Position numbers and translations under genes: made by a program. The notes below the pieces were generated by a model. It saw only the letters and a program-made list of their open reading frames with translations, made no database searches and was not told where the DNA came from. From Terriglobia bacterium (lineage in GTDB: Bacteria; Acidobacteriota; Terriglobia; Bryobacterales; UBA6623), in assembly GCA_009841225.1 (NCBI GenBank), contig VXMF01000021.1, forward strand, positions 90,583 to 154,582: 64,000 bases of DNA. Direction: 5' to 3'. This document shows positions 50,474 through 61,094 of this stretch, one piece after another; position 1 is the stretch's first letter; every line of letters begins with the position of its first letter.

Positions 50474-51082
50474 ATGCAACCCGTCACCAGCTTCAGCGGG
50501 AAGGTCGTTCCGCTGCCCGTTTCCGACATTGACACCGATCAGATCATCCCGGCTCGCTTCCTGAAAACTATTGAGAAGCTCGGGCTTGGCGAGAACCTGT
50601 TCAACGACTGGCGCTACCTGCCCGGCGGCGGACCCAATCCCGAGTTCGTGCTCAACCAGCCGCGAGCGGCGGGCGGCACGATCCTGCTCGCGGGCGACAA
50701 TTTCGGCTGCGGCAGTTCTCGCGAGCACGCGCCCTGGGCTCTGCTGGGCTTCGGCTTTCGCGCGGTCATCAGCACCTCGTTCGCGGACATCTTCCGCAAC
50801 AACTGCCTCAAGAACGGCCTGCTGCCCGTGGCTGTCGACGCAGCCACGTCGGCCGAGCTCTTCGAGGCCACCAGTTCCGATGAAGGGCTAGAAGTCACCG
50901 TGGACCTAGCCAACCAAACACTGACCTTGCCGAGCGGCAGGGGCGTCTCGTTCCCTATCGACGATTTCTCGAAGCAGTGCCTGCTCGAAGGGGGCGACCA
51001 GCTGAGCTACATCCAGCAGCGCATGGCGGCGATCACCGCCTACGAATCGAATTCTGCCAACGCGCTGAACACACTGGCCTGA
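50474..51082 (+). CDS. leuD: 3-isopropylmalate dehydratase small subunit
   Basis: DIDTDQIIPARFLK, NFGCGSSREHAPWAL, SFADIFRNN. Confidence 0.97.
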   Translation: MQPVTSFSGKVVPLPVSDIDTDQIIPARFLKTIEKLGLGENLFNDWRYLPGGGPNPEFVLNQPRAAGGTILLAGDNFGCGSSREHAPWALLGFGFRAVISTSFADIFRNNCLKNGLLPVAVDAATSAELFEATSSDEGLEVTVDLANQTLTLPSGRGVSFPIDDFSKQCLLEGGDQLSYIQQRMAAITAYESNSANALNTLA

Positions 51083-51092
51083 AGCGCCGGGC

Positions 51093-51872
51093 TCAGGCCC
51101 TGCGTCGCGCCGCGAACACTAGCCAGATCCCCGCGGCGAAGAGCCCAAGCGCCACCAGCTGCGTAGTGCTCAGCGTCCCGCCCACCAGCGCCGGTCGGGC
51201 GCTATCGGCGCGGAACGGCTCAATGACGAAGCGAAACGAGGAGTACAGGGCCAGGTAAGCGCCGAGGATTGCTCCGGCCGCGTGCGGCTGCAAGAAGCGC
51301 CACAACAGAAACGCGCCGATCAGCGCTGTGCCGAAAGCCTCGTAGAGCTGCGTCGGATGCAGCGACATGTTCAGTGGCACGCCCGTGAAATCGTGGGCGA
51401 TCGGGTTGCTAAACGTCACCGCCCACGCCACGTGGGTCTCCCGGCCCCAGCAGCAGCCGGCGGCGAAGCAGCCCATCCGGCCGATGGCGTGCCCGAAGGC
51501 CAGGCCCGGCACCATCAGGTCCGCCGTGGCAAGCCAAGGCAAGCCGTGTCTGCGCGTATACCAGTACGCCACGCCAAGGGCCGTTATCAGGCCGCCGTAG
51601 AACACTCCCCCTGAGCGCAAGGCGGACAGCGAGAACAGCCTGCCCCAGTCGGCGGCGTAGTAGCTCCAGCTGTTGGCGATCAGGAAGAGCTTGGCGCCAA
51701 CGATCGCCGAAAGCAGCAGAACGATCCCGAGACTCGTGATGCGCTCCGGGTCGATCGCGGTCCGCTTCGCCAGCCGCGCGGATAGCGAAATGCCGGCCAG
51801 GAATCCGGCGGCGATCAGCAGGCCATACGTCGGCAGCGAGAACGTGCCGATCTCGAGCAATCTGGGAAACAT
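51093..51872 (-). CDS. lgt: Prolipoprotein diacylglyceryl transferase
   Basis: YGLLIA, GGVFYGG, AIGRMGCF..GCCWG, HPTQLYE, RF.IE.FR. Start placed at MFPRL. Confidence 0.93.
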   Translation of the reverse strand: MFPRLLEIGTFSLPTYGLLIAAGFLAGISLSARLAKRTAIDPERITSLGIVLLLSAIVGAKLFLIANSWSYYAADWGRLFSLSALRSGGVFYGGLITALGVAYWYTRRHGLPWLATADLMVPGLAFGHAIGRMGCFAAGCCWGRETHVAWAVTFSNPIAHDFTGVPLNMSLHPTQLYEAFGTALIGAFLLWRFLQPHAAGAILGAYLALYSSFRFVIEPFRADSARPALVGGTLSTTQLVALGLFAAGIWLVFAARRRA

Positions 51873-51885
51873 GGCAGCGGTGGAT

Positions 51886-52431
51886 CTAGCTTTGGGCGGC
51901 GGACTCGCGGCCCGGCCGCCGGAAGGAGTCCAGCAGCAGCAGCCCAACTCCGACCGTGATCGCCGAATCCGCCACGTTAAAGGCTGGCCAGTGGTAAGTC
52001 CCGACGAAGAAGTCAAGAAAGTCGGTCACATAGCCTTGCCACCAGCGCTCGTACAGGTTTCCGGCCGCTCCGGCCAGAATCAGGGGAAAGGCGCAGCGGT
52101 TCAGACCCGATGCTTGGCCTGTTTGCCGGAACAGCACCAACACGACAGCGACCCCTGCCAGCGCCAGACCCGGAAGAGCCCAGTCGCGGAACCACGTCGG
52201 TGCGTCTGCGAAGAGCCCGAACGCAATTCCCACATTGCGCACATGCACAAGGTTGAAGAAGCCGTCCACTACCGCCACGGACTCTCCGTGCGCCAATGCA
52301 CTTGCTACGACGGCCTTGGTATACAGATCCAAGGCCAAGATCGCGCAACCGAGGGCGGCCAGCGCCAAGTTGGAAGCGGCCAGCGCGGCGCAGCAGCGGC
52401 CGCTCCGCACCGCAGCAGCGGACTCGTCCAT
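51886..52431 (-). CDS. lspA: Lipoprotein signal peptidase (signal peptidase II)
   Basis: DLYTK, VRNVGIAFG, GAAGNLYER, VTDF, FNVADS. Confidence 0.95.
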   Translation of the reverse strand: MDESAAAVRSGRCCAALAASNLALAALGCAILALDLYTKAVVASALAHGESVAVVDGFFNLVHVRNVGIAFGLFADAPTWFRDWALPGLALAGVAVVLVLFRQTGQASGLNRCAFPLILAGAAGNLYERWWQGYVTDFLDFFVGTYHWPAFNVADSAITVGVGLLLLDSFRRPGRESAAQS

Positions 52432-52597
52432 CGGACTTACGCGCGCCCCTCCACGAGTTCAGTCTACATGAATTGCCTAGTGCCACAGCACTGCCGCAAC
52501 GGCGGACAGCAGCCGGACTGCCGGCCCTTGGCACACGGCCAATCGCGCGCTCAGGCGCGGCTGGCAGCGTGCTAAGATGAGCGCAGGATCTGGCGCA

Positions 52598-52930
52598 ATG
52601 TCTGTATTGGCCCAGAAGTCGTGCGTCCCCTGCACCGGCGGCGTGCCGCCGGTCGAAGGCGAGGAGCTAGCTCGGCTTAGCGCCGAGGTAGCGGACTGGA
52701 GCGTGGTTGACGGGCACCACCTGCAGCGCGAGTTCGGCTTTCCCAACTTCCAGCAGGCTTTGGACTTCACAAACGCCATTGGCGAAGTGGCAGAGAGCGA
52801 GGGGCACCACCCGGACATTTTTCTCACCTGGGGAAAAGTCGGGGTCAAGATCTGGACCCATAAGATCGACGGGCTGACCGAGTCCGATTTCGTGCTGGCG
52901 GCGAAGATCGATAGCTTGCGAAACCCGTAA
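52598..52930 (+). CDS. phhB: Pterin-4-alpha-carbinolamine dehydratase
   Basis: C.PC.GG.PP, AE.EGHHPDI, WTHKIDGLTESDF.LAAKID. Confidence 0.92.
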   Translation: MSVLAQKSCVPCTGGVPPVEGEELARLSAEVADWSVVDGHHLQREFGFPNFQQALDFTNAIGEVAESEGHHPDIFLTWGKVGVKIWTHKIDGLTESDFVLAAKIDSLRNP

Positions 52931-52966
52931 GGCGCTCCGGGCGGGGGCACCGCCAGCGACGTATTC

Positions 52967-54562
52967 ATGAGGCAGAGGACGGACATCATGCGGGTCGTCC
53001 GTTCGGTACTGCTGATGATGGCGGTCATCGCCGTCTGCGCCGTCCTGGGCGGGCTCTACGGCTTGCGCATCGGCACCAATGGCAATTTCATCCAGATGGC
53101 GCCGATCAACGGCCAGCTGCACTTAGCACGGCAGGCGACGCGTCTGATCGAGCAGCGCTTCGTCCGGGAAGTGGAGTGGGACGACGCGATCTACCAAGGG
53201 GCGATCCCGGGCATGCTCGCCACTCTCGACCCGCATTCAGCGTTCCTCGACACCGAGAACTTCCTTGCCATGCGCGAGCAAGAGCGCGGAAGCTATGCCG
53301 GCGTCGGCGTACAGATCGTCAATTTCGGCAACAAGACGATCATCGACTTCCCGTTTCCCGAAACGCCGGCGTTCGAAGCCGGCATCCGGCCGGGCGACGC
53401 GATCGAGTTGGTGGACGGCAACCCGGTGAACCGACTGCCGGTCGAGGAAGTGGCGAGCCGACTTAAGGGACCGGCCGGGACGCCTGTCGGCCTCAGTCTT
53501 TCGCGGGAGGGTCTGGACCGGTGGATCGAGGTCGAGCTCGTGCGGCACGTGATCCCTCGACCGACGATTCCCACCCGCCTGCTGTTCGAAGACGGCACCG
53601 CCTACCTCCACTTGACCAGCTTCGGGGAGCGGACTCCCGACGAGTTGGAAGAAGCCTTGGATCGAATGGAAAGCCAAGGCATGACCGGACTGGTCCTAGA
53701 CCTGCGGGGCAACAAGGGCGGCTTGCTTTCGGCAGGCGTCAGGGTCGCCAGCCACTTCCTAGAAACCGGGCAAAGCGTCGTGTCCCATCGCGGTCGAGCG
53801 TCGCCGGAGCGCCACTACCGCGCGAAGTCGGAGAACCCCGATCTCGACTATCCGATCGTGGTGCTCGTCAATTGCGGGTCCGCGTCCGCGTCCGAGATCG
53901 TGGCCGGTGCGCTGCAGGATCACGACCGCGCTCTGATCGCTGGCAGTGGCACCTTCGGCAAGGGCTTGGTCCAATCGGTGTTCGCGCTGCCGGAGTCCAC
54001 GGGAATGGTGCTGACCACGGCGCGCTACTACTCGCCGAGCGGCCGTCTGATCCAGCGCCCCTATGCCAGCATAGCCCCGAACGAGTACTTCACCGAGCCG
54101 TGCAGCGAACAATACAGGCCGCAACAAGGCACGGTCCGGCTCACCGACAGCGGGCGCAAGGTGTACGAGTTCGGCGGCATCGCGCCGGACGTTGAAATCG
54201 AGGGTCTGCGCAGGACAACCGTGCAACGGCTGGCGGCCCGGCATCGCGCGGTCGAGCGCTTCGTGGCGCGACTCCGTGCCCGCGGCTACGCAATGCTCAA
54301 AGGCGAGACGCCTTCGCCGGACATGCTGGCCGATCTACTGGCGTTCATGGGACGGCTGGGAATTCCGACTGGCCCGCAGATGCCAGCGGAGGATCGGCAG
54401 TTCCTGATGCGGTCACTCGCAACCCACCTTCACGTGTCCTATTTTGACTACGACGAAGGACAGCGGATCCGTGCCAGCTACGACCCAGTCATCTTGCGCG
54501 CGAGATCGTTGCTCGCGCAAGCCGCCAGCCTGATGGACAAGAGCCGGATTCCGGTTTCCTAG
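52967..54562 (+). CDS. S41 family carboxy-terminal processing protease (PDZ + tail-specific protease)
   Basis: LDPHS, GVGVQI PDZ, LDLRGNKGG, SASASEIVAGALQDHDRA, TFGKGLVQ, TTARYYSPSGR.IQ. Confidence 0.93.
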   Translation: MRQRTDIMRVVRSVLLMMAVIAVCAVLGGLYGLRIGTNGNFIQMAPINGQLHLARQATRLIEQRFVREVEWDDAIYQGAIPGMLATLDPHSAFLDTENFLAMREQERGSYAGVGVQIVNFGNKTIIDFPFPETPAFEAGIRPGDAIELVDGNPVNRLPVEEVASRLKGPAGTPVGLSLSREGLDRWIEVELVRHVIPRPTIPTRLLFEDGTAYLHLTSFGERTPDELEEALDRMESQGMTGLVLDLRGNKGGLLSAGVRVASHFLETGQSVVSHRGRASPERHYRAKSENPDLDYPIVVLVNCGSASASEIVAGALQDHDRALIAGSGTFGKGLVQSVFALPESTGMVLTTARYYSPSGRLIQRPYASIAPNEYFTEPCSEQYRPQQGTVRLTDSGRKVYEFGGIAPDVEIEGLRRTTVQRLAARHRAVERFVARLRARGYAMLKGETPSPDMLADLLAFMGRLGIPTGPQMPAEDRQFLMRSLATHLHVSYFDYDEGQRIRASYDPVILRARSLLAQAASLMDKSRIPVS

Positions 54563-55578
54563 CGCGGCTCGTAGCTCTTGCTGAACCCAGTCCGTGAGTT
54601 CGTCACGGAAAACTGGCCATCAGGCTGCACCGAGGCCTTGATCCAATGGGCGGCGCAGCCCTCGGTCTCGCCGGTGTTGGCGATGAACTCTTCACTGGCG
54701 TTGTGCTCCGCCCCGCTCTCCACCGCCCGGTGCACCTGCCACAGATCGACCAGGGACTCGGCGGCCATCAACGCGCTGAAGGTCGCCGGGCTGCCGCCCT
54801 TGCGCGGCCCGTTGTTCATCACCGCCACGAGCGGCTGGATGGCTTGGATGTGCGCTGGGGCGCCGGACGTGTGCATCCCGTGGTGCGTGACTTGGTATAG
54901 GTCGACCGCTCCGAAGAGATTGACCGGGCAGGCGGTCTCGATTTCGTAGTTCCAAGTGAGGTCGCCCAAATCGAGGAATTCGAAGTCTCCGACGCGGATC
55001 ATGAACCCGACGCTCTTGCCATTCTCGCCCTTGTCAACGCGCTTCGCGGTTGCGCCGCGGCAAGCAGGGTTGGGAGTCGCCGCTGTCAGAGGCTCTTCCA
55101 AGAAGCGACTGCGGGCCGCGACGAAAACGAAATCCGTGCTGGCCAAGGGCAGCCTCTGGCCGGGCTCGGCTCGGATGCGCCCCTCTCCGGCGGTGTCGAC
55201 ATAGCTTTGCCACAGTTCGTCCGCGCGCTCGTTCCAGCCCACCTCGACGCTGTCGCCGTGATCGACGAAGTTGTGGATCGGCACGCGATCGGCCAGGGCG
55301 GCCACTCCTCCCGTGTGATCGCGGTGGAAGTGCGACGCAATGAAATAGTCCAGTTCGAGCTTGCCCACCTCCTCGCCAAGGACCTTTGCGATGCGCTCGG
55401 CATCGCGCCCCTCGAAGCCCGGCCAGCCGGCGTCCATCAGGATGGTCTCCGAGTCCGGTGTCACGACTAGTGTCGCGGCCCCGCCCTCGACATCGATCCA
55501 ATAGATGTCCAACGTCGCGCCCAGCGCCAGCGGGCCGGCCGCCGAGACCAGCAGAATCGCGAGAAACATAGATTTCAT
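54559..55578 (-). CDS. Secreted metallo-beta-lactamase-fold hydrolase (ComEC/Rec2-like)
   Basis: Signal peptide; IYWIDVEGGAATL, LMDAG, SHFHRDHTGG, GDLT, VTHHG. Start placed at MKSMF. Confidence 0.88.
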   Translation of the reverse strand: MKSMFLAILLVSAAGPLALGATLDIYWIDVEGGAATLVVTPDSETILMDAGWPGFEGRDAERIAKVLGEEVGKLELDYFIASHFHRDHTGGVAALADRVPIHNFVDHGDSVEVGWNERADELWQSYVDTAGEGRIRAEPGQRLPLASTDFVFVAARSRFLEEPLTAATPNPACRGATAKRVDKGENGKSVGFMIRVGDFEFLDLGDLTWNYEIETACPVNLFGAVDLYQVTHHGMHTSGAPAHIQAIQPLVAVMNNGPRKGGSPATFSALMAAESLVDLWQVHRAVESGAEHNASEEFIANTGETEGCAAHWIKASVQPDGQFSVTNSRTGFSKSYEPR

Positions 55579-55798
55579 GACCCCAACATCATAAAGCCCA
55601 ACAAGCCCTGACCCAGTCTTCCATGCGTCTGCCGCTACGCCGCGACAACGTCCTGGAACCCTAGCGGACCGCGCTCGACGCATGCAAGCTGGTAGGATTG
55701 AAAGATCGCGCCTGCCACTCGCGCAGAGCCCCCAGCGCCTTGGTCGATTGCCGCCGCCACACTGCGCTAGACTGGGAAGGGGAGGTTCATGCACAAGC

Positions 55799-56125
55799 AT
55801 GTCTAGGGTAATTCTCGCGCTCCTCAGCGCAGCGCTATTCGTCGTCGGCGGGGCTGCGGCCGACGACCAATCCGGCGACGCCGCCAAGGGCAAGGAAGCG
55901 TTCCAGCAGCGCTGTCTGGTCTGTCACTTCGAGGACAGCGCTGAGAAGAAGATCGGACCCGGCTTGGCCGGCATCAAGGAGGGCACACTGCCGAGCGGCA
56001 AGGAGTCCACCTTCGAGAATGTTCTCGAGAACCTGAACAAGGGCGGCAACGGCATGCCCGCGTTCGAGCAGATGCTCAGCGACGAGGAGAAGAGCGATAT
56101 CGCAGCCTACGTCCTGAGCTTGTAG
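55799..56125 (+). CDS. Monoheme cytochrome c
   Basis: Signal peptide, CLVCH, IGPGL, GGNGMPAF, LSDEE..DIAAYV. Confidence 0.9.
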   Translation: MSRVILALLSAALFVVGGAAADDQSGDAAKGKEAFQQRCLVCHFEDSAEKKIGPGLAGIKEGTLPSGKESTFENVLENLNKGGNGMPAFEQMLSDEEKSDIAAYVLSL

Positions 56126-56224
56126 TGCGCCGCCCGACGCATGGGTGCGCAACCGCGAAGTCGTGCCGCTGGCCGACCGATCCCCTCTTGACGGTGTAAC
56201 GGTCTGCCCGCAACAGGAGCAACT

Positions 56225-56464
56225 ATGGACATTGAGAAGAAGGTCACCGAAATCATCTGCGAGCAACTCAGCGTCGAGGAGTCGCAAGTGACTCCCGAGG
56301 CGAAATTCCAAGAGACCCTCAACGCCGACTCGCTCGACATCGTCGAGCTGATCATGGCGTTTGAGGAGGGATTCGATATCGAAATCCCCGACGACCAAGC
56401 CGAGGGCATCCGCACCGTCGGCGACGCGATCAAGTACATCGAAGCGGCTACGTCGGACGAATAG
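56225..56464 (+). CDS. acpP: Acyl carrier protein
   Basis: [23 protein letters not shown]; SD AGGAG upstream. Confidence 0.97.
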   Translation: MDIEKKVTEIICEQLSVEESQVTPEAKFQETLNADSLDIVELIMAFEEGFDIEIPDDQAEGIRTVGDAIKYIEAATSDE

Positions 56465-56475
56465 CAGGAGCACTG

Positions 56476-57717
56476 TTGGCAAGACGAGTCGTCGTTACGG
56501 GTGTTGGCCTCGTCTCCCCCGTGGGAGTGGGTACCGAGGCTTGCTGGTCCGCGATCCTGCGCGGATGCAACGGCATCGAGCGCATCACCCACTTCGATGC
56601 CAGCGCCTACGCCTGCCAGATCGCGGGCGAGGTGAAGGGCTTTGACCCGCGGGATTTCGTGACGGCCAAGGACCTGCGCAAGATGGCGCGTTTCATCTTC
56701 TTCGCGATCGCAGCCAGCGATTTCGCGATGGGGATGGCGGGCCTGGAGATCACGCCGGCCCTGTCGCCGCGCGTCGGCGTGTACGTGGGCAGTGGCATCG
56801 GCGGCTTCGATATCATCGAGCGCGAGCACGCGAAGCTGCTCAGCGCCGGTCCGCGTCGCGTTACGCCCTTCTTCATCCCTGCCACGGTGGTCAACCTGGC
56901 CTCGGGCAACGTCTCGATTCGCTGGAACGCCAAGGGCCCGAACTCCGCCACGGCGACCGCATGCACCAGCGGCGCTCACGCCGTCGGCGACTCGTTTCGC
57001 CTGATTCAGAACGGATACGCCGACGCGATGATCTGCGGAGGTGCGGAAGCGGCGATCACGCCGATGAGCATCGCCGGCTTCGCGGCCATGAAGGCTCTCT
57101 CCACCCGCAATGACCACCCCGAAACGGCCAGCCGACCGTGGGACGCCGACCGGGATGGCTTCGTGGTCGGCGAAGGGGCCGGCCTGCTGGTGCTGGAGGA
57201 GCTCGAATCGGCACAGCGTCGCGGAGCCCCGATCATGGCTGAGATGGTCGGTTACGGCATGAGCGGCGACGCGTACCACATCACTTCCCCGGCCGAGGAC
57301 GGGGAGGGAGCCGAGCGCGTCATGCGCAGCGCTCTCGAGGATGCGGGCATTTCCGCCCGCGACGTCTCCTACATCAACTCTCACGGCACCTCGACGCCAG
57401 TCGGCGACGTGATCGAGTCCCGCGCGATCGAGCGGCTCTTCGGAAAGGACGCCGGCAAGGTCGCGGTCAGTTCGACGAAGTCCATGACCGGACACCTCCT
57501 CGGCGGTGCCGGCGGCCTAGAAGCCGGCTTCTCGGCGCTGGCAGTGCGCGACCAAGTCGCGCCGCCAACGATCAATCTGGAACGTCCCGGCGAGGGCTGC
57601 AATCTGGACTACGTGCCGGGCCAGGCCCGGCCGATGGAAATCGAATACGCCCTGAGCAACTCGTTCGGTTTCGGCGGCACCAACGGTGCTCTGGTCTTCC
57701 GCCGCTATAGCGGCTGA
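56476..57717 (+). CDS. fabF: Beta-ketoacyl-ACP synthase II
   Basis: RRVVVTG, TACTSG (catalytic Cys), HGTST, KSMTGHLLG, SNSFGFGGTN. Confidence 0.96.
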   Translation: MARRVVVTGVGLVSPVGVGTEACWSAILRGCNGIERITHFDASAYACQIAGEVKGFDPRDFVTAKDLRKMARFIFFAIAASDFAMGMAGLEITPALSPRVGVYVGSGIGGFDIIEREHAKLLSAGPRRVTPFFIPATVVNLASGNVSIRWNAKGPNSATATACTSGAHAVGDSFRLIQNGYADAMICGGAEAAITPMSIAGFAAMKALSTRNDHPETASRPWDADRDGFVVGEGAGLLVLEELESAQRRGAPIMAEMVGYGMSGDAYHITSPAEDGEGAERVMRSALEDAGISARDVSYINSHGTSTPVGDVIESRAIERLFGKDAGKVAVSSTKSMTGHLLGGAGGLEAGFSALAVRDQVAPPTINLERPGEGCNLDYVPGQARPMEIEYALSNSFGFGGTNGALVFRRYSG

Positions 57718-57779
57718 TCGGGCCCTGATTGCTAGAATTGCTGGTTGGGCGGCCTTGAGGCCCCGCTCCCCTCTGCACC

Positions 57780-58550
57780 ATGAATATATTTGTCTGCGTT
57801 AAGCAGGTCATGGCGCGGGACTCCGTGATCCGCCTTGACGAGGGCGCGACATGGGTGCGCGACGACGGCCTGACCTTCGAGATGAACGAGCCGGACACCT
57901 ACGCGCTCGAAGAGGCGTTGCGGCTCAAGGAAAGGCACGGGGGAGAGGTCGTGGTCGTGACTGCCGGCCCGGCGCGGTCTGCCTCCACGCTGCGCGAGGC
58001 GCTCGCCAAGGGGGCCGACCGAGGCATCCACATCGAAGACGATCGCTTTGTCGAAGCCGACACTCACGCGACCGCCTCCGCGCTTGCCGCGGCCATTGGC
58101 CGGGAACAGCACGACCTCATCTTGACCGGCCTGCAGTCCGACGATTCGGGCTTCGGCCAGACTGGGGTGATCCTTGCCGAAAAGCTCGGTCTGCCGCATG
58201 CGACGATCATCATGGAGATCGACGCTTCGGGCTCGCAGCTGCGCTGCAAGCGTGAGCTGGAGGCTGGCTGGTTTCAAACGGTCACGCTGCCCCAGCCAGC
58301 CCTGCTGACAATCCAAAGCGGCATCAACAAGGTGCGCTACGCCACCCTGATGGGAATCAAGCGGGCCCGCAAGAAGCCGCTCCAGCGCTACGCGACAGAC
58401 GACCTGGGCATCGAGATCACCGCGCAGCAGGGCGTTCGGCGGCTCTACCAGCCGCAGCAAGCGAAACAGACCGTGTTCCTGGAGGGTGGCAGCCGCGAGG
58501 TCGCCGACGAACTGCTCAACAAGCTTCGGTTTGAGGCGCGAGTGATATGA
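57780..58550 (+). CDS. etfB: Electron transfer flavoprotein beta subunit
   Basis: VCVKQV, MNEPD.YALEEAL, ALAKGAD, TG.QS.D...GQTG, RYATL.GI. Confidence 0.95.
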   Translation: MNIFVCVKQVMARDSVIRLDEGATWVRDDGLTFEMNEPDTYALEEALRLKERHGGEVVVVTAGPARSASTLREALAKGADRGIHIEDDRFVEADTHATASALAAAIGREQHDLILTGLQSDDSGFGQTGVILAEKLGLPHATIIMEIDASGSQLRCKRELEAGWFQTVTLPQPALLTIQSGINKVRYATLMGIKRARKKPLQRYATDDLGIEITAQQGVRRLYQPQQAKQTVFLEGGSREVADELLNKLRFEARVI

Positions 58551-59527
58551 GCATCCTACTGGTTACCGAACAGCAGGACGGCAAGTGGCACCGCATGTCG
58601 TTTGAGGCCCTGGCAGCGGCTCAAGAAGCCGCGACCGGCATCGACTGTCCATTGGTCGCCGCCGTCGTCGGATCCGGCGTCAGACCACTCGCCACCGAAC
58701 TTGCCAACAAGCGAGTCTCCGAGGTCGCCGTGATCGACAGTCCCGAGCTGGCCCAATACAGCCCTGACGGTTTCGCCTCGGCACTGAGCCAAGCGGTCGA
58801 ACAGGTCAAGCCCCGCCTGGTTCTCTTCCCGCATACCTACCAAGTGCGCGACCTAGTCCCCAAGCTCGCCGCCTCGCTCGGAGGGTGCTTCGTCAGCGAT
58901 ATCGTTGACATGCGATTCGAAGGCGGCGAGCCGATCTTCGTCAGGCAGTTGTTCCAAGGCAAGCTGCACGCCGACGTGTCCGCATCCGGCCAGCCGCCGC
59001 ACTTCGTGTCCGTGCAATCGGGCGCGTACCGAGCCGATGGCGTGGCCGAGGGTGCGGCGCCAGCCCCCATTCGCAGCGTCCCGGTGTCACTGGACGCCAG
59101 CGCCATGCGGACCCAGGCGGAACCTCCGTATCAGGACGCCAAGGATGCAGTCGATCTCGGTTCGGCCCAGATTATCGTCTCGGTCGGGCGGGGCATCCAA
59201 GATCCAGACAACATTCCGCAGGCCGAGGCTCTGGCCAAGGCGCTCGGTGGAGAGCTGGCCGCCTCCCGCCCGATCTGCGACAACGGCTGGCTGCCGCTAG
59301 AGCGCCAGATCGGCAGCTCAGGGCAGACCGTCGCGCCGAATCTCTACCTCGCCCTGGGCATCTCCGGGGCGATCCAGCACGTGGTCGGCATGAAGGGCGC
59401 CAAGACGATCGTCGCGATCAACAAGGATGCCGGCGCGCCAATCTTCGAGATCGCCGACTACGGGATCGTGGCCGACCTGTTCGACGTGGTGCCGAAGCTG
59501 ATCGAAGCGCTGGAAGATCCGAACTAG
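58547..59527 (+). CDS. etfA: Electron transfer flavoprotein alpha subunit
   Basis: [46 protein letters not shown]. Confidence 0.95.
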   Translation: MSILLVTEQQDGKWHRMSFEALAAAQEAATGIDCPLVAAVVGSGVRPLATELANKRVSEVAVIDSPELAQYSPDGFASALSQAVEQVKPRLVLFPHTYQVRDLVPKLAASLGGCFVSDIVDMRFEGGEPIFVRQLFQGKLHADVSASGQPPHFVSVQSGAYRADGVAEGAAPAPIRSVPVSLDASAMRTQAEPPYQDAKDAVDLGSAQIIVSVGRGIQDPDNIPQAEALAKALGGELAASRPICDNGWLPLERQIGSSGQTVAPNLYLALGISGAIQHVVGMKGAKTIVAINKDAGAPIFEIADYGIVADLFDVVPKLIEALEDPN

Positions 59528-59574
59528 CCGGAGCGTTGCCGCAGCGCGGCGGCGAGTGAGAAGATACGGTCGGC

Positions 59575-61068
59575 ATGCGAGAGCTCCCCAAAGCCCTGAC
59601 AGCGACCGCGCTGGCGGTCGCAACGCTAGGGTGCGGCAGCGCTACCACGCCCGCCAGCCGCGAGCCGGGCGATCGACCGAATTTCGTGCTCGTCTTCATC
59701 GACGACATGGGCTACGGGGATATCGGGGCCTTCGGCTCGCGCGAGAATCGCACGCCCCGAATCGATGCCATGGCTGCGGAAGGCATGAAGCTCACAAGCT
59801 TCTACGCCCATCCGGTCTGCACTCCTTCGCGGGCTGCCCTGCTGACCGGGAGCTACCCGATTCGCAACGGGCTGCAGACCGGTTACTGGCACCCGGTGCT
59901 AATGCCGGGTGATCCACAGGGAATCCATCCGGACGAAGTCACGGTTGCGGAAGTCCTCAAGCAGCGCGGCTACGCCACCGGGATCGTCGGCAAGTGGCAC
60001 CTCGGCGACCAGCCCGAGTTCCTTCCCAACAATCACGGCTTCGACTACTACTTCGGCCTGCCGTATTCCAACGACATGAGCCCATTCATGCCGCTCAATC
60101 CTCGCAACCATCCCCCGCTCGCGCTACTGCGCGATGGCGAGGTGATCCGCGAGGTGCCCGAAGATCAGTCGTTCCTCACCGGCGCGTACACGGCCGAGGC
60201 ACTCGCCTTCATCGACCGCCACCACGCCCAGCCGTTCTTCCTGTACGTGCCCCATTCCATGGCTCACGTGCCGCTGTGGGCAGGCGAGCGATTCAAGGAC
60301 ACGTCCGAGAACGGCATCCTCGGCGACTGCATCGAGGAGATCGACTGGAGCATGGGGCAGATCCGTGACAAGCTCGAAGAGCACGGAATCGCCGAGAACA
60401 CGCTCGTATTCTTCACCTCGGACAACGGGCCCGCAAGAGGCAGCGCAGGCCCTCTGCGCGGACGCAAGGGCAGCACCTACGAGGGAGGCTTGCGCGTGCC
60501 GACCGTGGCGTACTGGCCCGGCACGATCCCGGCCGGCACTTCGTACGACGACACCGCTACCACCATGGACATCCTGCCGACGTTCGCGGCTCTGGCGGGT
60601 GCCGAGTATCCGGCGGAGCGGATCGACGGCCACGACATGTCCGGCGTGCTGAAGGGCGATGCGACGCGGGACTCCCCCTACGAGGCCTTCTACTTCTACC
60701 GGGGTTACGAGTTGCGCGCCGTCCGCAGTGGAGCGTGGAAACTGCACACAGACGGCACGCTCTACAACCTTGAAGCCGACATTGCCGAAAGCCGCGACGA
60801 GGCCGCGGCCCGCCCCGAGGTGAAAGCGCGACTAGCGTCGCTCTTGGAGCATGCGCGCAAGACTCTGGGCGACGGCCCGGTGTGGCCGGGCGATCCGGGC
60901 ATCGCGCTGCCGCCGACTACCAGGCCGATTGGAACAATCTCGAGGTCGCCGGAACTGCTGATCCCGCGTCACGGGGCTAGCGGCAGCGCCGCTCACGAAC
61001 CGCCGATCCGCGGCAAGACCACGAACGTCACGCCCCCGCCAGACTTCCAGCGTCCCGCGAACTGGTAG
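59575..61068 (+). CDS. Sulfatase (arylsulfatase A-like), probable lipoprotein
   Basis: IDDMGYGD, CTPSRAALLTG, GKWHLG, FFTSDNG, TLGC lipobox-like leader. Confidence 0.92.
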   Translation: MRELPKALTATALAVATLGCGSATTPASREPGDRPNFVLVFIDDMGYGDIGAFGSRENRTPRIDAMAAEGMKLTSFYAHPVCTPSRAALLTGSYPIRNGLQTGYWHPVLMPGDPQGIHPDEVTVAEVLKQRGYATGIVGKWHLGDQPEFLPNNHGFDYYFGLPYSNDMSPFMPLNPRNHPPLALLRDGEVIREVPEDQSFLTGAYTAEALAFIDRHHAQPFFLYVPHSMAHVPLWAGERFKDTSENGILGDCIEEIDWSMGQIRDKLEEHGIAENTLVFFTSDNGPARGSAGPLRGRKGSTYEGGLRVPTVAYWPGTIPAGTSYDDTATTMDILPTFAALAGAEYPAERIDGHDMSGVLKGDATRDSPYEAFYFYRGYELRAVRSGAWKLHTDGTLYNLEADIAESRDEAAARPEVKARLASLLEHARKTLGDGPVWPGDPGIALPPTTRPIGTISRSPELLIPRHGASGSAAHEPPIRGKTTNVTPPPDFQRPANW

Positions 61069-61094
61069 CGTTCGCCCCGCTTCGCCGACCCTGG